A stretch of 64,000 bases of DNA, taken from NCBI GenBank assembly GCA_051294905.1, contig CM119379.1, forward strand, positions 22,382,001-22,446,000. Direction: 5' to 3'. Of the stretch, positions 24,745 to 36,400 are shown one piece after another (position 1 is the stretch's first letter; each line of letters opens with the position of its first letter). A program made the position numbers and the translations under genes. The notes under the pieces are model-generated. The model had not been told where the DNA came from. It worked only from the letters and a program-made list of their open reading frames with translations, and searched no databases. This DNA comes from Botryllus schlosseri. Taxonomy: Eukaryota.

Positions 24745-27700
24745 ATTCATTCGGACATGGTGTCTTGGGAGTGTTCGGCCTGTGTTGATACTCGGACATC
24801 GTGTCTGAGGCGTGTTTGGACATCATATCTAGGGTGTGTTCGGCCTGTGCTGCCTATCGGACATGGTGTCTTGGGCGTGTTCGGCCTGTGTTGATACTCG
24901 GACTTCGTGTCTGAGGAGTGTTTGGACAGCATGTCTGGGGTGTGTTCGGCCTGTGCTGCCAATCGGACATCGTGTCTGGGGCGTGTTTGGCCATTCAAAC
25001 ATGGTGTCTAAGTTGTGTTCGGACTGAGTTGACACTCGCACATCGTGTCTGGGGCGTGTTCGGTCTGTGTTGTCATTCATACATGGTGTCTTGGGCGTGT
25101 TAGGCCAGTATTGACGCTCGGACATCGTGGCTTGCGCGTGTTTGGATATTATGTCAGGGGTGTGTTCGGCCTGTGCTTCCAATCGGAAATCGTGTCTGGG
25201 GCGTGTTTGGACATCATGTCTGGGGTGTGTTCGGCCTGTGCTGCCAATCGGACATCGTGTCTGGGGCGTGTTCGGCCATTCAAACATGGTGTCCGGGTTG
25301 TGTCTGGACTGAGTTGACACTCGGATATCGTGTCTGGGGCGTGTTCGGCCATTCAAACATGGTGTCCGGGTTGTGTTTGGACTGAGTTGACACTCGGATA
25401 TCATGTCTGGGGTGTGTTCGGCCTGTGCTGCCAATCGGACATCGTGTCTGGGGCGTGTTCGGCCATTCAAACATGGTGTCCGGGTTGTGTTTGGACTGAG
25501 TTGACACTCGGATATCATGTCTGGGGTGTGTTCGGCCTGTGCTGCCAATCGGATATCGTGTCTGGGGCGGGTTCGGCCATTAAAACATGGTGTTTGGGTT
25601 GTGTTCGGACTGAGTTGACACTCGGATATCGTGTCTGGGGCGTGTTCGGACATCATGTCTGGGATGTGTTCGGACTGGTTACCACTGGGAAGTCGTGCCT
25701 GGTACTGCAACTGACTTTATAGTGAATATAGCGACTATCCTTATTTCAAACATGACTATCCTCATTTCTAACATGACTATCCTCATTTGAAACATGAGAC
25801 TAACTTTATTTCAAACATGACTATCCTTATATCAAACATGACTATCCTCATTTCTAACATGACTATCCTTATTTCAAACACGACACTGACCTTATTTCAA
25901 ACATGACCAACCTTATTATCATCGTGTCTGGGGGGTGAGGGGGGTGGGGGGGGTGGGGGTTGGGACTGTGTTGCCAATCGCACATCGTGTCTGGGCGTGT
26001 TCCGACATCATGTCTGGGTTGTGTTCGGCATGTGCTGCCATTCAGACATTATGTCTGGGGCGTGTCGGCCTGTGTTGACACTCGGACATCGTGTCTGGCG
26101 CGTGTTTGGACATCATGTCAGGGGTGTGTTCGGCCTGTGCTGGCAATTGGACATCGTGTCTGGGGCGTGTTTGGACATCATGTCTGGGGTGTGTTCGGCA
26201 TGTGCTGCCAATCGGATATCGTGTCTGGGGCGGGTTCGGCCATTTAAACATGGTGTTTGGGTTGTGTTCGGACTGAGTTGACACTCGGATATCGTGTCTG
26301 GGGCGTGTTCGGTCTGTATTGTCATTCGGACATGGTGTCTTGGGCGTGTTTGGCCTGTGTTGATACTCGGACATCTTGTCTGAGGCGTGTTTGGACAACA
26401 TGTCCGGGGTGTGTTCGGCCTGTGCTGCCAATCGGACATCGTGTCTGGAGCGTGTTCGGCCATTCAAACATGGTATCTGGGTTGTGTTCGGACAGAGTTG
26501 ACACTCGGACATTGTGTCTGGGGCGTGCTCGGTCTGTGTTGTCATTCACACATGGTGTCTTGGGCGTGTTAGGCCAGTATTGACACTCGGACATCGTGGC
26601 TTGCGCGTGTTTGGATATTATGTCAGGGGTGTGTTCGGCCTGTGCTTCCAATCGGACATCGTGTCTGGGGCGTGTTTGGACATCATGTCTGGGGTGTGTT
26701 CGGCCTGTGCTGCCAATCGGACATCGTGTCTGGGGCGTGTTCGGCCATTCAAACATGGTGTCCGGGTTGTGTTCGGACTGAGTTGACACTCGGATATCGT
26801 GTCTGGGGCGTGTTCGGTCTGTATTGTCATTCGGACATGGTGTCTAGGGCGTGTTCGGCCTGTGTTGATACTCGGACATCGTGTCTGGGGCATGTTTGGA
26901 CATCATGTCTGGGGTGTGTTCGGCCTGTGCTGCCAATCGGACATCGTGTCTGGGGCGTGTTTGGACATCATGTCTGGGGTGTGTTCGGCATGTGCTGCCA
27001 ATCGGATATCGTGTCTGGGGCGGGTTCGGCCATTAAAACATGGTGTTTGGGTTGTGTTCGGACTGAGTTGACACTCGGATATCGTGTCTGGGGCGTGTTC
27101 GGACATCATGTCTGGGATGTGTTCGGACTGGTTACCACTGGGAAGTCGTGCCTGGTACTGCAACTGACTTTATAGTGAATATAGCGACTATCCTTATTTC
27201 AAACATGACTATCCTCATTTCTAACATGACTATCCTCATTTGAAACATGAGACTAACCTTATTTCAAACATGACTATCCTTATATCAAACATGACTATCC
27301 TCATTTCTAACATGACTATCCTTATTTCAAACACGACACTGACCTTATTTCAAACATGACCAACCTTATTATCATCGTGTCTGGGGGGTGGGGGGGGGGG
27401 GGTTGGGACTGTGTTGCCAATCGCACATCGTGTCTGGGCGTGTTCCGACATCATGTCTGGTTTGTGTTCGGCATGTGCTGCCATTCAGACATTATGTCTG
27501 GGGCGTGTCGGCCTGTGTTGACACTCGGACATCGTGTCTGGCGCGTGTTTGGACATCATGTCAGGGGTGTGTTCGGCCTGTGCTGGCAATTGGACATCGT
27601 GTCTGGGGCGTGCTTGGACATCATGTCTGGGGTGTGTTCGGCATGTGCTGCCAATCGGATATCGTGTCTGGGGCGGGTTCGGCCATTTAAACATGGTGTT

Positions 27701-30642
27701 TGGGTTGTGTTCGGACTGAGTTGACACTCGGATATCGTGTCTGGGGCGTGTTCGGTCTGTATTGTCATTCGGACATGGTGTCTTGGGCGTGTTTGGCCTG
27801 TGTTGATACTCGGACATCTTGTCTGAGGCGTGTTTGGACAACATGTCCGGGGTGTGTTCGGCCTGTGCTGCCAATCGGACATCGTGTCTGGAGCGTGTTC
27901 GGCCATTCAAACATGGTATCTGGGTTGTGTTCGGACAGAGTTGACACTCGGACATTGTGTCTGGGGCGTGCTCGGTCTGTGTTGTCATTCACACATGGTG
28001 TCTTGGGCGTGTTAGGCCAGTATTGACACTCGGACATCGTGGCTTGCGCGTGTTTGGATATTATGTCAGGGGTGTGTTCGGCCTGTGCTTCCAATCGGAC
28101 ATCGTGTCTGGGGCGTGTTTGGACATCATGTCTGGGGTGTGTTCGGCCTGTGCTGCAAATCGGACATCGTGTCTGGGGCGTGTTCGGCCATTCAAACATG
28201 GTGTCCGGGTTGTGTTCGGACTGAGTTGACACTCGGATATCGTGTCTGGGGCGTGTTCGGTCTGTATTGTCATTCGGACATGGTGTCTAGGGCGTGTTCG
28301 GCCTGTGTTGATACTCGGACATCGTGTCTGGGGCATGTTTGGACATCATGTCTGGGGTGTGTTCGGCCTGTGCTGCCAATCGGACATCGTGTCTGGGGCG
28401 TGTTTGGACATCATGTCTGGGGTGTGTTCGGCATGTGCTGCCAATCGGATATCGTGTCTGGGGCGGGTTCGGCCATTAAAACATGGTGTTTGGGTTGTGT
28501 TCGGACTGAGTTGACACTCGGATATCGTGTCTGGGGCGTGTTCGGACATCATGTCTGGGATGTGTTCGGACTGGTTACCACTGGGAAGTCGTGCCTGGTA
28601 CTGCAACTGACTTTATAGTGAATATAGCGACTATCCTTATTTCAAACATGACTATCCTCATTTCTAACATGACTATCCTCATTTGAAACATGAGACTAAC
28701 CTTATTTCAAACATGACTATCCTTATATCAAACATGACTATCCTCATTTCTAACATGACTATCCTTATTTCAAACACGACACTGACCTTATTTCAAACAT
28801 GACCAACCTTATTATCATCGTGTCTGGGGGGTGGGGGTTGGGACTGTGTTGCCAATCGCACATCGTGTCTGGGCGTGTTCCGACATCATGTCTGGTTTGT
28901 GTTCGGCATGTGCTGCCATTCAGACATTATGTCTGGGGCGTGTCGGCCTGTGTTGACACTCGGACATCGTGTCTGGCGCGTGTTTGGACATCATGTCAGG
29001 GGTGTGTTCGGCCTGTGCTGGCAATTGGACATCGTGTCTGGGGCGTGTTTGGACATCATGTCTGGGGTGTGTTCGGCATGTGCTGCCAATCGGATATCGT
29101 GTCTGGGGCGGGTTCGGCCATTTAAACATGGTGTTTGGGTTGTGTTCGGACTGAGTTGACACTCGGATATCGTGTCTGGGGCGTGTTCGGTCTGTATTGT
29201 CATTCGGACATGGTGTCTTGGGCGTGTTTGGCCTGTGTTGATACTCGGACATCTTGTCTGAGGCGTGTTTGGACAACATGTCCGGGGTGTGTTCGGCCTG
29301 TGCTGCCAATCGGACATCGTGTCTGGAGCGTGTTCGGCCATTCAAACATGGTATCTGGGTTGTGTTCGGACAGAGTTGACACTCGGACATTGTGTCTGGG
29401 GCGTGCTCGGTCTGTGTTGTCATTCACACATGGTGTCTTGGGCGTGTTAGGCCAGTATTGACACTCGGACATCGTGGCTTGCGCGTGTTTGGATATTATG
29501 TCAGGGGTGTGTTCGGCCTGTGCTTCCAATCGGACATCGTGTCTGGGGCGTGTTTGGACATCATGTCTGGGGTGTGTTCGGCCTGTGCTGCCAATCGGAC
29601 ATCGTGTCTGGGGCGTGTTCGGCCATTCAAACATGGTGTCCGGGTTGTGTTCGGACTGAGTTGACACTCGGATATCGTGTCTGGGGCGTGTTCGGTCTGT
29701 ATTGTCATTCGGACATGGTGTCTAGGGCGTGTTTGGCCTGTGTTGATACTCGGACATCGTGTCTGGGGCGTGTTTGGACATCATGTCTGGGGTGTGTTCG
29801 GCCTGTGCTGCCAATCGGACATCGTGTCTGGGGCATGTTCGGCCATTCAAACACGGTGTCTGGGTGGTTTTCGGATCTGAGTTGACACTAAGACATGGTG
29901 TCTGGGGCGTGTTCGGTCTGTGTTGCCATTCAGACATGGTGTCTTGGGCGTGTTAGGCCTGTATCGACACTCGTACATCGTGTCTGGCGCGTGTTTGAAC
30001 ATCATGTCTGGGGTGTGTTCGGCCTGTGCTGCCAATCGGACTTCGTGTCTGGGACGTATTTGGACATCATGTGTGTGGTGTGTTCGGCCTGTGCTGCCAA
30101 TCGGACATCGTGTCTGGGGCGTGTTCGGTCCGTGTTGCCATTCGGACATGGTGTCTTGGGCGTGTTCGGCCTGTGTTGATACTCGGACATCGTGTCTGGG
30201 GTGTGTTTGGACATCATATCTGGGGTGTGTTCGGCCTGTGTTGCCATTCGGACATGGTGTCTGGCAGTCTGGGGCATGTTCGGCCATTCAAGCATGGTGT
30301 CTGGGTTGTTTTCGGATCTGAGTTGACACTCGGACATGGTGTCTGGGGCGTGTTCGGTCTGTGTTGCCCTTCATACATGGTGTCTTGGGCGTGTTGGGCC
30401 TGTATTGACACTGGTACATCGTGTCTGGGGCGTGTTCGTACATCATGTCTGGGATGTGTTCGGACTGGGTTACCACTGGGAAGTCGTGCCTGGTACTGTA
30501 ACTGACTTTATAGTGAATATAGCGACTATCCTCATTTCAAACATGACTATCCTTATTTCTGACATGACTATCCTCATTTCAAACATGAGACTCTCCTCAT
30601 TTCAAACAAATCTGTCCTTATTTCAAACCAATCGAACCAACC
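24745..30642 (-). repeat. Right arm: the same modules in reverse orientation, with ~1.44-kb higher-order repeats
   Basis: Near-identical ORF translations recur at offsets of 1443 and 1435 nt (26042/27485/28920); 21-bp blocks at ~25735, ~27180, ~28625 and ~30520. Confidence 0.9.
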
Positions 30643-32030
30643 TTCCTCGATTTCTGCGCAATTTTGACACAAACTCAGGTTGAGCTCTGGAAGTTACGTT
30701 TTTTAATACGGTCCGAATTGTCCGTAATTACAACATCATATACGATTCCTCGTAAAATTAAATCAATAATGGCGTGGATGGTCAATGGTCATTGACACAT
30801 TGGTCATTGCTTGATAGGCCTATAGGGGCCGACTATTACGTACGTGCACCGTGGATATCTCTGTGTAGCCTACTTCTTCGTAGCTAATGCTAGTGCCCGG
30901 CCATCGTCTCCAAATCCTTATTTCCGAGATTGTTAGTGGTCACCATCAAAACGTCACTGAGTATAGTGTAGCCTCGCATTTCGGCTATAGCAAATCAGCC
31001 AACTCAGTGTTCTTCACGATGTCGCTTGCAGTCTGAACTGCAATAGCACCTCATCAATGACAAATGTATCAATCAGCAGCGTACTTCGCATGAGATCTTT
31101 AAAAAGCAGAGCCAGTCGTAGCGCGGCAGTGCTATTTTCGCAATTCGCCCTCCACAAGTTCTACGCTTGCTCATCAAATTCTCACATTTGAAGAATTTTG
31201 TCGGAAGTGTAAAGTGCGACGCGATGGAGTGTAGTCTCTCCGGTCGGCAATAATTTCGAGCTCTCTGACGTATCGTGTTAGCGCTGTTAGAATATCAGCT
31301 ATTCGACTTGAGAACTCCAGTCAGAAAAAGTATGGACTCGACAATTCCGGTAAGTAGAAAAATCGATCAAGCTTATTTATTATACTAGTTCGTGATATTG
31401 TGTTACTGCCTTATGGCATGATGGTTGATAGATTGATAGATAGATTGATAGTTGCGTCGACTTAATACAGAGTCAAGTTTCCAACTCTTCGAATTGATTG
31501 CGACAGCTATACCGATAACTGATATGACCGTTTGGTGTTCAAATGCTGTTTCTTCCCGCAAACCTGGTCCAGTAGTATTGGTCTCCATTTTGACTAAACA
31601 GTAAATGAGACATCTCATCGTTATGGGTAAAACGCAACGAACATTTCAAAACAACACGCCCGTTCGTAGCCTGCCTAATATTACGCATAGGCCCCTCCCT
31701 ACTTGTTCACTATTCAGTGGCATTATGACGGTTGAAGAAATCCTAGCACAATAACCATCTCTAAGCCCAAATACACAATATTACGAATGGATAGTCCGCT
31801 CACGATGCTCATGAACACTTACAGGCAAGGAAATTCAATAGGCTGAAGATATGAAACCGCTAAATATTTTGATTTCTTTATCCAAATTTACGCCAATGAC
31901 AAATTGCGTGGTGCTGCGATTGACGCTTTTGGATCATTGGTCGAGACAACCGATAATTTGTGTATCATTATATATGTATACGATGTGAACTAAAACAAAG
32001 GTATGAGAATTGAGATTGAAGGCCAGAAAC

Positions 32031-32620
32031 CAGGGTTGTAACCAGTCACAAGGCTCCGAGTCACAAGTCAATCTAACTTTTATATTTTTGACTCGAGTCA
32101 AGTCGAGTCATTTTCAATTCCCACCGAGTCAAGTCCGAGTCCAAGTCAGCGAACAGAGGATCGAGTCCGAGTCATGGTATTATGACTCGAGTCCAAGTCC
32201 AAGTCATTTTGTTGACTGCTCAGTGCTCAGTTTACATTTAAAGTCTTCATAAAACCACTTTTTTAACTCTGTTTGGTGATATTGAATAGTTCGCATTTAT
32301 AATATATCAATTTTCGTCACTTTTAGCAGTTTCTGGTCGCATTTTCAAGCACCAGTACCAACAAACGAAATCCCAATAGTGTGTTGGCTTCGAAATTACA
32401 ATGAAATGTCGGTCTTGGTCGTCTGAATCTCGAGTCAATGACTTGCTTCGAGTCATGCGCAATGACTCGAGTCCAAGTCGAGTCAATACAAAGATTGACT
32501 CGAGTCGAGTCGAGTCATTTCCGTATTTTGAGAAAATGACTCGAGTCGAGTCGAGTCATCCGAAAATCGTGACTCGAGTCTGACTCGAGTCGAGTCATGA
32601 CTCGAGTCATTACAACCCTG
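32031..32620. mobile_element. hAT-like MITE with GACTCGAGTC palindromic subterminal repeats
   Basis: TIR CAGGGTTGTAA / TTACAACCCTG; perfect 8-bp TSD CCAGAAAC. Confidence 0.92.
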
Positions 32621-32989
32621 CCAGAAACGCCCGTTTCACTGTATCTTGTTTGCATGGCTCAAAACGATTTTATACTCGTGGACATGGCGTATATGGATTG
32701 ATGAGCTCAGTCATGCGGTTTGCAAGATTTCGCATATTCAGTATAGTTCTGAAATGTTACCGATCGATTTTCACAGACGGAAATAATTTAGCGTCTGTTA
32801 TCAATTATCAGTCACGAAGCATTCTGTATGTCATTATTCAAGTTGCTATTCTTATCCGCGATCGTGCTCGAATAGCAACGAAATTCCACATAGCAATTTA
32901 GCAATATGCTGAACTAGTGGGGCTACTTTGCATCTCATCGCACACGTACGACGGCGCGAGGCACCCCATCGCCGACGATATCTACAATT

Positions 32990-33300
32990 TAGTTTAGTTC
33001 AATTCAGTATCTTCATAATCTCATCATTCCAAAACAGCACACGATGATGCAGCAATGAAAAAAAAGAAAGGCCTTTTACTCCTAGGACTGAAGACTCAAT
33101 AAAAACCGATATTGGCCTACGGATGTTAATAAAATAACATGGAAATAAGACGCGTGTACAGTACAATGTATTTGTACATGTACAGTACAATGTACATACA
33201 CTCAATGAAAAGTAACAGAAGATAACATGCAATGAAAACGAAGTGGTATGTGTTGTTAGGCGAAATCGATATGCCAAATCGTGACCCTGCATGTAATGGC
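32990..33300 (-). mobile_element. Possible degraded LINE 3' end
   Basis: The minus strand ends in a TGAATTGAACTAAACTAAA simple-repeat tail resembling the tail at ~62325-62345; the boundaries are approximate. Confidence 0.3.
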
Positions 33301-33495
33301 AAGCACCGACTGTGTAGGTGGTCGCAAGGACTTGCATGACAAGCTGTGTAGTGCGGATCTTGATTCGAGTCGGTATTACAGTTTCTGTCGTAACTAACGA
33401 CGACCTTGAGCTATGCTGCAAATCAGTAATCCGTAGACGTCTTATCTTCTCAGACACATACTGACGAGGGAGTGGAGAGGGAAGAGATTTTTGTT

Positions 33496-36400
33496 ATGAC
33501 TCAGACAGAAGTGACAAACATCACGGAAGAAAATACGACCGTGGAACAACCTGTAGCTATTGCAACTGAGCCACCAGTTACTATGGAACAGTTCCTTGAG
33601 GGTCATTACGATGACGAGCGTTTGCCCTCATCCGCTGACAAAGTGGACGAATTGCCTACCGCCGAAGACGAAACTGCAGGTGTAAACGAATTGGACGATA
33701 CATCGAAAGTAACTTCAGTTGAAGAGGACAACGATGACGCTAATTTTACTTCGGTGAAAATCTACAGATTTCTGTTTGGGTATGTCATCAACTCCGCAGT
33801 TTTGAAACAGAACAATACACCGCTCAGAAACTTACTTGCTTATTCTTGATAATGTACACACAGTTACTGGTGAACTGCGGTCAACTATTGACCATTATGT
33901 ATTGCGATTATAATCACTAACAATTCACGAAATCAAGATAATGGAGTCGACCTCTAGGGTGAGTCCGAAGAAAATTTAGATTTCATCGAGATGGGTGAAT
34001 TAAAAATAGTCGGAAGCCTTTTCACATCCGAACCTTGTTCAAGAATTCAGCTTCAAATCCAAGTTCAAATGACATTTCTGAATTCATTTTGTATTTCGTG
34101 CATCTATTATCTATGTTAAATTTGGGGATGTGCAGTAGGGCTGTTCAAAAATAACTTTTTTCTTCGGATTCCAGCCATTCACTGATTAAATTGTCAGGTT
34201 ACCCTAAGAAACTCTGCACACCAAATTTGGTTCGATTCCATCAAGTATAGGACTCCGCAGATCCAATTAAAATTTTTAATTTATTATGGAAAATTAAAAA
34301 AAAAAATTCCCAATTTTCCTGCCAACCCCATGAAATTGTTGAGCTGTCTTCAGAGACGTTGCAAAACAAATTTGAGTCAATTCCGACCAGTAGAAGCGGA
34401 GTTATGTGAGTTTTTCGTTGATAAATCGCGGATTATCCACCAATCAAGGATAATCCGAGAAATTTCAACGAAAAACTCCAATAACTACGCTTCTACTGGT
34501 TGGAATTGACTCAAATTTGTTTTGCAACGTCTTTGAAGACAGCTCAACAATTTCACGGGGTTGGCAGAAAAATTTGGAAATTTTTTTTTTTAATTTTCCA
34601 TAATAAATAAAAAAATTTAATTGGATCTGCGGAGGCCTTCACTGGTTGGAATCGAGTGAAATTTGGTGAGCAAGGTTTTCTACTGCAACCTGACGATTTA
34701 AGAGGTGACCGGCTTGAATCGGGAAAAAAAAGTTATTTTTGAACAGCCCTAATGTGCAGCCTGAAAATAGACTTCTGCCGCTCGATACCATGTCATATCT
34801 TTTTAATCTATCGCCAGTGGCTCGATGAAGGACAAGGAAACGATTTCTGCAGACGAATACGACGACGAGGTACAAGATGGCGAAGAAAAAATTTCCTCCG
34901 TCGATCCCGATCCGCCTCGTGATATATCGGAGCCTACAGAGTCGTAAGTAACTTTATCGATAGTCAGTGCTAATCTGCTAAAACGTTAACCTGACAATCT
35001 ATACGAAATCTGTTTATCCTGTAAAATTCCGATATTGTACTCAGGGAAAAAACAGAGGAGGTGTTAGAGAAGATACCGGCCGCGGAAAATGAAAACATCG
35101 AATCTGCAAATGATACCTCTCCGTCCCTAACAGGAAGATTTCTTAACATTTTCAAAAGAGGGTGTGTGAATAATATTTATAACACACTGTATCATGAAGG
35201 CTGTATCATGAAGTAATCCTTACGAGCTCCCGTCATTTCTATTCTTGCATCGAACGATTGCTATGAATCTGAGAACGAATTAAAATCCCGCGCTGTCGGC
35301 CCGTTCTATCATTTCCTACGATATTCTTGTCTTAGAACTACCGAAGGCGACCAGGAAAGAAAATTAGACGACGAGGCAATCGAAGATACTCCAGCCGATC
35401 GTCGCAAATCACTCGAAAATCGGTGAGTTTCCTACATAACGATCGACATACTATAATGTAGCTGCATATCAATTTCTACAAACCTCTATACGCATTATGG
35501 TGTGTCTATAAATAACCAATGATATATACACCATTGATATAACTGACTTAATTTACCTCGCCTTTGAAGCAGCAGTGGCGATGAAAAGCTGTTTTAAAGC
35601 AGTGGAAGTTGCTAACTTCAACGCCCATGCTAGCGATATCCCGGAGGCGGAACTATAACCATCAACGCCAACGCGACACACTTTATCCACAATATCGTGT
35701 TAGTTATTATTACAAGCAAACGCGCATGTAAATTACATGAAGTGCAACTTATTCGACAGTGAAAATATATTGCATTCAGCAAACTCATCTTTAATAACAT
35801 TCATGCAAAACGATATCCGTAGATTTGCATAAATCACTTTGTGCAATTGCACATTTACAGGGAATCGGAAATTCTAGTCGAGTACGAAACGGCACAGGAT
35901 GAAAACGACGAAAAAGAGTCAGCAGAAAACCTACCAATTCTTCTTGCTGGAAAGTTTAGGAATATATTTCAGACGAGGCAGTATGTTTTCGTCTTCTCCT
36001 TCGTTCTCTCACGTGTGCTTGATTACAGATGCACTGTAAAAAATCTGGTAGATTTACTGGGAAATCTCTCTAAATTTTACCACGAATTACCGGTCGCAGC
36101 CAATTACTGTGCGTAGCTTGTCATTTTACATTTTGATTTGTAATATTACCTTAATATAGCTGTAAAGTAAGTTACCAGAATTTCTTCGCAAAATTACTGA
36201 CAGTTACTTGTTACTGCAGTTTACCGGGCTATTGGCAAAATTGATTAGCATCAAAATCGCTGCAGCCAATGTATACGTAGAACTGAATGTTACTGATATA
36301 TCATTCTAGAGGTGATTTGACCTGATTGAACCTCGTTTGCGAGACTGGGGTCTGTCATACCGAAATTGTTGGCCCTAGTATCAATTTAAGCTTAGTAGGG

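Larger units (their letters stand above)
21196..30642. mobile_element. Foldback-like element: two long inverted arms of modular minisatellites around a short unique spacer
   Basis: The first ~215 nt (GGTTGGTTCGATTGGTTTGAAATAAGGACAG...) match the reverse complement of the last ~215 nt with about five mismatches. The left arm (21196-24484) is CCAGACAC-rich and the right arm (~24745-30642) is GTGTCTGG-rich. Direct repeat CGATTTCTGC at 21181-21190 and 30648-30657. Confidence 0.85.

Noticed and set aside
21196-30642. CRISPR-like appearance of regularly spaced short repeats
   Set aside because: The spacers are themselves repeats, there are no cas genes, and the context is eukaryotic with introns.
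21170-30683. Dozens of ORFs (e.g. 24829..25710, 293 aa) on both strands
   Set aside because: They are translations of stop-poor minisatellite units in all frames, with no splice or domain evidence.
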